Shown here: piece by piece, positions 1-6,158 of the stretch | How the letters are laid out: the number at the start of each line of letters is the position of its first letter | Numbering within the stretch: position 1 is the stretch's first letter | Source: Candidatus Auribacterota bacterium | GTDB taxonomy: Bacteria > Auribacterota > UBA6266 | DNA length: 8,377 nucleotides | Assembly (NCBI GenBank): GCA_023136205.1 | Contig: JAGLRQ010000024.1 | Location: 1 to 8,377, forward strand | Direction of reading: 5' to 3' | Position numbers and translations under genes: made by a program | The notes under the pieces: generated by a model | What the model saw: the letters and a program-made list of their open reading frames with translations, nothing else | Told to the model about the DNA's origin: nothing | Databases searched by the model: none

Positions 1-599
1 GATTGAGGCAAATCTCCCAAAATCCACCATCCGGAAGGTTCATCTGAAACAATGTTTTTCTCCATGCTGTTTTTTACTTCTTCAAAATTATCACCGGATT
101 TGGACAGCCTGTCAGCGGATGACTTGTCATTCAGAATTATTATCCCGGCAAGAATTTTACGCCTCATACGCTTGTATTCATACAATACTTCAGCGTCTTC
201 CACACAAATATCACGAAAGAGCTCGTTAGATTTGTATTTTAAAATCAGTTTCAATAACGCCTGTTTCCAGTAGCTTTCTATTTCCTTCATAAATTCTCTA
301 TCTTTGTCAAAATTCTGTTTCTGGGCCTCCTGAAGTAAAATATTTTTTGTTATCAAACTTTCCAACAGTCTCTCTTTTGCTTCCAGCGGATTGGATAATA
401 TATCCTTTTGGGAAAGTGTAAAAGCAGCCTCGTTCTTAAAATCCGAAACGGTAAGATCATAATCGTTTATCCTGGCTACAACACTCTCATCTTCAGATCC
501 GGGGCCTGTAAAATCACATCCGCACCCGCAAAAGATTATCCCCGATAGAACAACCACAAGTATTGTGAAAAAACATTTAGTTTTAATATTTGTTTTCAC
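1..599 (-). CDS. Partial CDS (3' end beyond window): secreted lipoprotein, SurA-N / PpiC(parvulin)-like PPIase or chaperone (PrsA/EpsD-like)
   Basis: Not in the ORF track because no stop codon falls inside the window. My manual translation of the minus strand from GTG at 599..597 is open for 199 codons to position 1: VKTNIKTKCFFTILVVVLSGIIFCGCGCDFTGPGSEDESVVARINDYDLTVSDFKNEAAFTLSQKDILSNPLEAKERLLESLITKNILLQEAQKQNFDKDREFMKEIESYWKQALLKLILKYKSNELFRDICVEDAEVLYEYKRMRRKILAGIIILNDKSSADRLSKSGDNFEEVKNSMEKNIVSDEPSGWWILGDLPQ. It has a Lys-rich n-region, a hydrophobic core and a lipobox. VARINDYDLTVSDF...LLESLITKNILLQEAQK follows the SurA_N/PrsA N-terminal pattern. ILAGIIILNDKSSADRL...GDNFEEV...SGWWILGDL follows the start of a parvulin rotamase domain. 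An SD-like AAGGAAAGGGA lies upstream. The gene starts 27 nt after the PGT stop. Confidence 0.55.
   Translation of the reverse strand, partial: MKTNIKTKCFFTILVVVLSGIIFCGCGCDFTGPGSEDESVVARINDYDLTVSDFKNEAAFTLSQKDILSNPLEAKERLLESLITKNILLQEAQKQNFDKDREFMKEIESYWKQALLKLILKYKSNELFRDICVEDAEVLYEYKRMRRKILAGIIILNDKSSADRLSKSGDNFEEVKNSMEKNIVSDEPSGWWILGDLPQ
522..599 (-). other. Signal peptide with lipobox (IFCG|C), predicted lipidated Cys at residue 26, within an unusual C-G-C-G-C string
   Basis: Residues 1-26 are VKTNIKTK-CFFTILVVVLSGIIF-CGC. The IFCGC string fits the PROSITE-style prokaryotic lipoprotein pattern ([LIVMF..]x2-[..C..]-[AGS]-C). I checked the Cys codons at 522..524 and 516..518 directly in the sequence. 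Confidence 0.5.
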
Positions 600-603
600 G
601 ATT

Positions 604-614
604 TCCCTTTCCTT
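604..614 (-). promoter_or_regulatory. Shine-Dalgarno-like purine tract (AAGGAAAGGGA) for the PPIase-like gene
   Basis: The minus strand reads ...TCAAAGGAAAGGGAAATC GTG. The GGGA ends 4 nt and the AAGGA ends 10 nt before the GTG at 599. Confidence 0.45.
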
Positions 615-626
615 TGACAGCAAATT

Positions 627-2087
627 TTAATACCCCCCGATCCCGAATAAAACAACAGGAATCGTTTTAACAAAAATCTTAAAGTCAAGCCATAACGACC
701 AGTTATCCAAATATCTAAGGTCCAGCTTCATCCATTCGTTAAAATCCACCTTGTTTCTGCCGCTTATCTGCCATAAGCATGTGAGGCCCGGGCGCATGGA
801 CAATCTCCTGCTTTGCCAGAATTCATACTTGGCCACTTCTTCCGGGAGCGGCGGCCTGGGGCCGATCAAGCTCATATGCCCGAGAAGAACATTAAAAAAT
901 TGAGGGAATTCATCAATACTGAATTTTCTCAAAAATTTTCCTACCCGCGTAATACGGGGATCCTGCTTCATCTTGAAAACAGGGCCGCTCATTTCATTCA
1001 TCACTTCAAGTTCCGTTAGTTTTTCAGAAGCTTTTTTATACATGCTGCGGAATTTATACAAAGAAAACGTTCTCCCGTTTAAACCAACTCTTTTCTGTAC
1101 AAATAATACAGGGCCGTAAGATGTCAGTTTTACCATGAGTGCTGTCAATGCAAAGACCGGGGACAGTATGATTAAAGCAAAGCCCGACAAAATAATATCT
1201 ATCGCCCTTTTAATAAAGAATTCCCATTCCCGGGCAACTGTGGTTTCAAATGTAAGAAGGGGCATTCCGTCAATTTCTGTCTGGCGTGATTTAGCCAATT
1301 TCAAATTAAATAAATCCACTGCCACTGTTGCCTTAACACCTTTTGTTTCGCAGGTATAAAGGGCTTTTTCAATGTGATTTAACCTTGACCTCGGTACCAC
1401 AAAAACAACCTCGTCCACAGCCCTTCCGTACAACATCAAAGGCAAATCCTTGATGTCCCCTATCACATCAATGCCTCTAACCTTTTTAACCCCCCTGCCC
1501 GGCTCATCACAGACAACACCCAGTATCTTAAGCCCCCATTCTGAACGATTTTTCACCTTTTCAATAAAATCGGCAGCCCGCTTTCCCGTCCCGACAACAA
1601 GAAGCCTCCTGAAATTATAACCCTGCTTACGCGCATAACGCATGATATTAAAAACCGCTATTTTCTCCAGCAGGACAAAAGCCGGGCTAACCGTCATAAA
1701 AATAGCGAAAAACATTCTGCTTACAAACCTCAACTTAAAGAAAAAAATCATGGAGCCAAAGACAACAGCAGTAAAAAATGCCGATTTAATAACTATCCAA
1801 ATAATCTCAAAAATCGCCTTCCTGCGCATGGAGCCATACATGTTGTTTAAATAAAGCATGCCGCCCCATACAAAAAGAGCAAGGAACAAAACAACTGAGT
1901 ACTTCTTCAAAGATACAGGCATATATTCAACAACTTGAACGGAAGAAAAAATATCAAGCCTGTAGTAGCTGTGAAAATATTGTCTTAAAAAAAACGCGTA
2001 AACAAAAGACAGGGACACAATAAACGCGTCAAGTATTATCATCGCCCGCCTTACTACTTTATCTCTCTCATGAAGCATCCAAAACAC
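627..2087 (-). CDS. Polyprenyl (undecaprenyl)-phosphate glycosylphosphotransferase, large WbaP/EpsB-type initiating sugar transferase
   Basis: The ORF is 486 aa. The N-terminus has four to five TM helices. A central Rossmann-like segment follows (RLLVVGTGKRAADFIEKV ... VDEVVFVVP). The C-terminal bacterial sugar transferase domain has the re-entrant helix (KRAIDIILSGFALIILSPVFALTALMV), the KFRSM motif, the catalytic Asp-Glu in SIDEFPQFFNVLLGHMSLIGPRPPLP, and the GLTCLWQISGR motif. The ORF-track start at 2087 is GTG. The in-frame ATG at 2078 (MLHERDK...) has a GGAG 8 nt upstream and is the more likely start. Confidence 0.93.
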   Translation of the reverse strand: MFWMLHERDKVVRRAMIILDAFIVSLSFVYAFFLRQYFHSYYRLDIFSSVQVVEYMPVSLKKYSVVLFLALFVWGGMLYLNNMYGSMRRKAIFEIIWIVIKSAFFTAVVFGSMIFFFKLRFVSRMFFAIFMTVSPAFVLLEKIAVFNIMRYARKQGYNFRRLLVVGTGKRAADFIEKVKNRSEWGLKILGVVCDEPGRGVKKVRGIDVIGDIKDLPLMLYGRAVDEVVFVVPRSRLNHIEKALYTCETKGVKATVAVDLFNLKLAKSRQTEIDGMPLLTFETTVAREWEFFIKRAIDIILSGFALIILSPVFALTALMVKLTSYGPVLFVQKRVGLNGRTFSLYKFRSMYKKASEKLTELEVMNEMSGPVFKMKQDPRITRVGKFLRKFSIDEFPQFFNVLLGHMSLIGPRPPLPEEVAKYEFWQSRRLSMRPGLTCLWQISGRNKVDFNEWMKLDLRYLDNWSLWLDFKIFVKTIPVVLFGIGGY

Positions 2088-2090
2088 TCC
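2087..2090 (-). promoter_or_regulatory. Shine-Dalgarno GGAG, 8 nt upstream of ATG 2078 (favoured PGT start)
   Basis: The minus strand reads TAA CCC GGAG TGTTTTGG ATG. The GGAG shares its last G with the GTG the ORF track uses as start, so that GTG has no SD of its own. Confidence 0.5.
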
Positions 2091-2093
2091 GGG

Positions 2094-3314
2094 TTAACGC
2101 TTTGTTTCTTTCATTATAACAGCGGCACATATTACACATAATATCATATTAGCCGGTATATGAAAATTGAAATCCACCAACCCGTGAAGAGACAGGCTAA
2201 GTATTCCTATGGCACAACCGAGTACAACAGGATGAAAGACACCTTTTGTCAAACCTCTGCCGATTATAATCACCAGTATAAAAATCATGAGAGGCAGGGC
2301 CAAAATACCCATCTCCGCGGCCATATGTAAATAATCATTATGAGCATAATGGGCGCGGGCATTAAGCCCGGCAGGACGGTAACGGGAAAACCCCCAGACA
2401 AACGTACCTATACCGGCCCCTGTCAGAGGATTAGATTTTATCATCTTAATTGTGCCATTCCAGATTTGCAATCGGGTTTCCAATGTCGCTTCACCCGAAG
2501 CTACATCAGAAATACTATCTATGCGCCTGGAAATCGAGCCTTCCCTTAAATAAGTTAATGAAAAAATCGCGGCTATAACCAAAAGCATTATTAACAAACT
2601 TCTCATTTTCAAAACATTTACCCTTATTAATAAAATATTCATCAAAAAAAGAGCAATGGATAAACTAATCCAGGCACCGCGTGATTGAGCAAAGATAAAA
2701 GCTGATATCATTATGAATAAAGCTCCAATCAACGCTGTTTTTACCACAATACCGGAAGACTTATAGAGGATTATTGCTCCTATTGTTACCGGTATAACCA
2801 GTTCAAGATAACCCGAGAAATGATTATGATTTACATATGTAGCCGCTAAAAAGTTTTCCGGATTCCACCACCAGTGAGATAAAAACCCAAAGTGCTGAAG
2901 AAGGCCAAAGACAGAAATACCGGTTCCGATAGATATAACCAAACCAATCAAGTATCTCCTGAATTTGCGGCTATAATTATTCAAAATAAGATAGTACAGG
3001 CCCACATAGCTCAACAGCCGCAGTAACGCGTAAAAACTATCATGTTTGTATACAGAAAAAATGAAAGAAATTACAGCTAATGAAACAAAAAGAAAAATTA
3101 ATATGTCCAATGCCGTTATATGTAACTTTGTATCAGGTGTTTTTCTCCCGTTATTTAATTTCCACAGCCATAAAAATACAAGAAGCGCAATTACAAAAAG
3201 AACCGGTGTAATCGACCAAACACGCTTAGGCGCCGCGCCAAAGGCAAGAGGGCTCCATATAAGAATAAATGTTAATCCGCAAAAAATTAAAGCTTTGTAT
3301 ATTTTATCTAACAT
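2094..3314 (-). CDS. O-antigen ligase / Wzy_C-family polytopic membrane protein (polymerase or ligase), paralog 1
   Basis: The ORF is 406 aa and hydrophobic throughout, with about 10-12 TM helices. Family hallmarks are NHNHFSGYLE, QSRGAW, a periplasmic loop containing ETRLQIWNGTIKMIKSNPLTGAGIGTF, and AHYAHNDYLHMAAEMGILALPLM (the H-N-x-Y-L ... E-x-G motif). The ATG start at 3314 overlaps the upstream gene by 11 nt (ATGTTAGATAA). Confidence 0.85.
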   Translation of the reverse strand: MLDKIYKALIFCGLTFILIWSPLAFGAAPKRVWSITPVLFVIALLVFLWLWKLNNGRKTPDTKLHITALDILIFLFVSLAVISFIFSVYKHDSFYALLRLLSYVGLYYLILNNYSRKFRRYLIGLVISIGTGISVFGLLQHFGFLSHWWWNPENFLAATYVNHNHFSGYLELVIPVTIGAIILYKSSGIVVKTALIGALFIMISAFIFAQSRGAWISLSIALFLMNILLIRVNVLKMRSLLIMLLVIAAIFSLTYLREGSISRRIDSISDVASGEATLETRLQIWNGTIKMIKSNPLTGAGIGTFVWGFSRYRPAGLNARAHYAHNDYLHMAAEMGILALPLMIFILVIIIGRGLTKGVFHPVVLGCAIGILSLSLHGLVDFNFHIPANMILCVICAAVIMKETKR

Positions 3315-4485
3315 CTTTTACCGCCCGCGCTTCTGCAACATACAAATTTCTATCTTCTCCGCTGCCGGAATCTCCTCCATCGTTAACAAACGTAACACTC
3401 AAAACCTTTATGCCGCCATCACTTTTTAAATTAAAACTATATTCCTTCCATTCAGGGCTATCCACAAATGTTTCACCTATATCTTTTCCATCCAAATCTA
3501 CAACCATATACGGCCAAATATTATATGCCTGTGAACCTTTAGCCCGCACTTTAATTATTATATTACCCTCAGGAACATTTATTACAGCATCTATCGTTCC
3601 ACTCCAATACATATTCCCAGATTCATAAACAGCCTTTTCTTTTAGTGATCGTCCCTGCCAATCTTTTTGAGAAACCGACGTTACATTTGATACTTCAAAC
3701 ACAGAGGTTTTTTTTAAATTTTCGATTCTTATTTTTTTTTCAGCCATCTTGCTTTCAAACTCTTCCGGGTTTTCCTTCTTTCTGTAAAAATCAACTTTTC
3801 TTTTTTGTTTTACAAAATAGTCATACAGCCCATTCTTACTAACAAAGGAAAGTAATATTTCATTAGCCTCTAAATTACCCGGGGTGGTTTTCCGCAATAA
3901 TTCAAAATCTTTTGTATATTTCCAGAGGCGGGGATAAATATGATTGAAACCATACCATGGATATTTTTCAATAATGAATTTCAATCTATCTAAAATCAAT
4001 TCTCTTTCGCTGTTATTAAGCAAATCCCATATTCCTATGCCGGCATAACCCATGGAATATGATGTATTAAATCCATTTGGATCATTCTCCAGAGCCCTCA
4101 CAAAATTCTTAAAAGCCTCATCAACACTTCTCCCTTCAATCTTTAACTGAATTTCCCCAAGCTTTAGCGAATACTCCGCGCATCCGGGATTAAGATCCAG
4201 AGCTTTTTTATATAACTCTTCTGCCTGTATAAGCCACAAAGCCTCATCTTCGCGATAAAAACTCTGGAGCATTAAAAAATTGCCGTATTCCGAAAGGTAT
4301 TCTGAATTGAAAGGAGCTAATTCTATAGCAGAATCAAAGCTTTCCTCAGCGCCTTTCCAAAGATATGCTTTTTCAAGCCTTTTTGCAGCCCTATACTGCT
4401 TATCAGCATAAAAATGTCGAATTACAGCACCGGCAACAAGAAGAATTAAAAGAATCAATACAATATTAATTACAAGTCGTTTCAT
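3304..4485 (-). CDS. Membrane-anchored extracytoplasmic TPR-repeat protein with a C-terminal CBM6/35/36-like beta-sandwich domain (uncharacterised accessory protein)
   Basis: The ORF is 393 aa. It has an N-terminal anchor (MKRLVINIVLILLILLVAGAVI, N-in by the positive-inside rule), three TPR-like repeats, a helical region, a charged linker and a beta-rich C-terminal domain. The ATG at 4485 lies 1 nt after the WecB-family TGA (TGA C ATG). Confidence 0.85.
   Translation of the reverse strand: MKRLVINIVLILLILLVAGAVIRHFYADKQYRAAKRLEKAYLWKGAEESFDSAIELAPFNSEYLSEYGNFLMLQSFYREDEALWLIQAEELYKKALDLNPGCAEYSLKLGEIQLKIEGRSVDEAFKNFVRALENDPNGFNTSYSMGYAGIGIWDLLNNSERELILDRLKFIIEKYPWYGFNHIYPRLWKYTKDFELLRKTTPGNLEANEILLSFVSKNGLYDYFVKQKRKVDFYRKKENPEEFESKMAEKKIRIENLKKTSVFEVSNVTSVSQKDWQGRSLKEKAVYESGNMYWSGTIDAVINVPEGNIIIKVRAKGSQAYNIWPYMVVDLDGKDIGETFVDSPEWKEYSFNLKSDGGIKVLSVTFVNDGGDSGSGEDRNLYVAEARAVKDVR
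3316..3672 (-). other. CBM-like (CBM6/35/36-type jelly-roll) C-terminal domain, residues about 272-390
   Basis: The sequence is GNMYWSGTIDAVINVPEGNIIIKVRAKGSQAYNIWPYMVVDLDGKDIGETFVDSPEWKEYSFNLKSDGGIKVLSVTFVNDGGDSGSGEDRNLYVAEARAV. The pattern (A-x-G ... WP-x-M-x-V-x-V/L-DG-x-x-I/V-G ... V-x-S-x-x-W-x-x-Y-x-F ... G-x-x-x-L-x-V-x-F-x-ND ... DRNLYV) is what I recall for Ca-dependent carbohydrate-binding modules. This is recognition by eye only. Confidence 0.5.
3732..3740 (-). repeat. A9 homopolymer (minus strand) in the interdomain linker of the TPR-CBM gene
   Basis: The minus strand reads ATG GCT GAA AAA AAA ATA AGA (MAEKKIR, residues 247-253). Loss of one A would give GAA AAA AAA TAA, an immediate stop. 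Confidence 0.9.
4078..4395 (-). other. TPR-like repeat region (about 3 repeats) of the 393-aa protein
   Basis: The repeat signatures are GAEESFDSAIELAPFNSEY, AEELYKKALDLNPGCAEY and EAFKNFVRALENDPNGFNT. These match the A-x3-F/Y-x2-A-L/I-x-L/N-x-P-x-N/x-x-x-Y consensus. Confidence 0.65.
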
Positions 4486-4486
4486 G

Positions 4487-5260
4487 TCAGTTGCTGCTAT
4501 TAGATTTATTATATTTCTGCTTTAGAACCAACCAGAAAAACTTCATATCATCTACAAGGTAGCGTTTCCAAAGCCGCTTTGGTTCCTGCATCAAACGCCA
4601 GAACCATTCAAAGCCTGTCTTTTGCATCAGGACAGGAGCGCGCTTTACAAACCCTGAAACGAACTCAAAACTCGCACCTACTCCAATTGACACCGGTACC
4701 TGATATTCATCCTTATATTTATAAATCCATTTTTCCTGCTTAGGCGCGCCTAAACCGACAAATAAAATATCCGGCTTAGCTTCCTTAATCATTCTAATGA
4801 TTTTTTTGTTTTCTACTTCATCTTGCTCAAAACCGAAGGGAGGCGAGTAAACACCGGCAACTTGTATTTTTGAATGCTTATTCTTTAAGACTTCAGCCGT
4901 TTTTAAACCAGCCCCTGCCCTTCCGCCCAAAAAGAACACTTTATATCCTTTTTCTGCCGCTATTTCACACAATTTTGGGAACAGGTCGGAACCGGATATC
5001 TTTTCTTTAAGCGGTGTTCCTAAAAATTTTGCCGCCCATAGAAGCGGTACTCCATCAGCAAGTAACAAACAGCTTTTCGTAAGAATAATTTTAAATATCT
5101 CGTTTTGCGCCTTTATGAGCACGTCAACATTCAAGAAAGACACCATACAATTCTTCTTGTTGCTAATGCAATCTTCTACCGCTTCTATTGCTTTAGGCAT
5201 CGAAACATTATCAATGCCGACACCGCAGATATTTACCCTGTCAAACATCTTTATTCTCAT
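4487..5260 (-). CDS. WecB/TagA/CpsF-family (GT26) glycosyltransferase
   Basis: The ORF is 257 aa. It has the family pattern: N-terminal ICGVGIDNVS, ADGVPLLWAAKFLG, FFLGGRAGA, DILFVGLGAPKQEKWI, IGVGASFEF, and the C-terminal amphipathic FEWFWRLMQEPKRLWKRY motif. The ATG at 5260 overlaps the GT2 stop by 20 nt. An alternative ATG lies at 5248 (MFDRVN...). Confidence 0.9.
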   Translation of the reverse strand: MRIKMFDRVNICGVGIDNVSMPKAIEAVEDCISNKKNCMVSFLNVDVLIKAQNEIFKIILTKSCLLLADGVPLLWAAKFLGTPLKEKISGSDLFPKLCEIAAEKGYKVFFLGGRAGAGLKTAEVLKNKHSKIQVAGVYSPPFGFEQDEVENKKIIRMIKEAKPDILFVGLGAPKQEKWIYKYKDEYQVPVSIGVGASFEFVSGFVKRAPVLMQKTGFEWFWRLMQEPKRLWKRYLVDDMKFFWLVLKQKYNKSNSSN

Positions 5261-6158
5261 TCTTGTTATTTAAACAACCGGCTATAAACCCGATGCTCCA
5301 AAACAATAAGCCAAGCAAAAATGCGGGGAACACCATCACAAAATGATATACATGATGCCAACCTGCTTGAGATATTCTAAATATTATTCTAAATAATTTT
5401 ACACAAAAAAAGCCCGGAAGTAATATTATCGGCATTGCCCCCTTGTATATGAAACTATTGTAGTACTGCTTTCGATAAATGCTGATATATTTTCCCAAAA
5501 GCATTTGATTTCTAAAAAATCCTCCCCAATCTTCCCGAAAAATATGATGCACCTTCGCGTTAGGAATAAACCATAGCCTTTCCACTTTACTCACCTTTAA
5601 CCCAAAAAGAACTTCTTCCGCGGCGCGTATCTCGGGAAACCTTCCTATCTTCTGAAATAATTTCCTATCACAAAACATATTACATCCAGAAACAAACTTC
5701 TTAACTTTATCTCTACCAATACACATATATTCATTCAGTTGAAGATAGTATTGAGCCCCGGCAATGGGCTTGTTTCTTTGGAAATCAGCCATCTCGATGC
5801 CTCCTCCCCCTACCATGCAGCCATTTTCATAAGCCTTTTCTATGTTCTCAGACCAATCATGGCCAGGGTAAGCATCCGCATCAATAAAAGCTAATATCTC
5901 GCCATTCGCGCGCAGAGCTCCCATATTCCGGCCAATGGCCGGTATAATCCTTTCGCCCGCGGCTATAACTTTTATTTTATCAGGCTCATATCGTGAAAGT
6001 AAGCTTTTCGTAGCGCCGTCGTTGGAAGAATCTACTACAATAACTTCTGATATTAAGCCTTTTCCCATTTGCACACTCAAAACATCAAGCACTCGACTTA
6101 TTGTTAAAACCGAGTTAAACGACGGAATTATTACGGATATCTTTTTTTTCATCGTCAA
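5241..6158 (-). CDS. Family 2 (GT-A) glycosyltransferase with two C-terminal TM helices
   Basis: The ORF is 305 aa. It has ISVIIPSFNS, VVDSSNDGAT, a DxD motif (FIDADAY, codons 5874..5882 verified), CNMFCDRKLFQKIGRFPE and AAEEVLFGLK. The C-terminal hydrophobic hairpin spans about residues 241-260 and 270-296. The ORF-track start at 6158 is TTG, with AAGAGGAA 8 nt upstream. ATG at 6152 (MKKKISVI...) is the alternative start. Confidence 0.9.
   Translation of the reverse strand: MTMKKKISVIIPSFNSVLTISRVLDVLSVQMGKGLISEVIVVDSSNDGATKSLLSRYEPDKIKVIAAGERIIPAIGRNMGALRANGEILAFIDADAYPGHDWSENIEKAYENGCMVGGGGIEMADFQRNKPIAGAQYYLQLNEYMCIGRDKVKKFVSGCNMFCDRKLFQKIGRFPEIRAAEEVLFGLKVSKVERLWFIPNAKVHHIFREDWGGFFRNQMLLGKYISIYRKQYYNSFIYKGAMPIILLPGFFCVKLFRIIFRISQAGWHHVYHFVMVFPAFLLGLLFWSIGFIAGCLNNKNENKDV

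Noticed and set aside
52-273. A 73-aa plus-strand ORF, the only ORF the track lists in the first 600 nt
   Set aside because: It lies antisense to a much longer, motif-bearing minus-strand frame (the PPIase-like lipoprotein). Its translation is low-complexity and Ser/Leu/Phe-rich, I saw no SD, and it breaks the uniform minus-strand operon.
516-530. The C-G-C-G-C motif as a metal-binding or redox site
   Set aside because: It sits at the signal-peptide/lipobox boundary, where at least one Cys is explained by lipidation. There is no supporting motif context, so it is recorded only as an oddity under the lipoprotein finding.
600-626. The only true intergenic gap, examined for a terminator or promoter
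   Set aside because: It is only 27 nt and mostly taken up by the SD-like purine tract. I found no GC-rich hairpin with a T-run and no room for -35/-10 elements.
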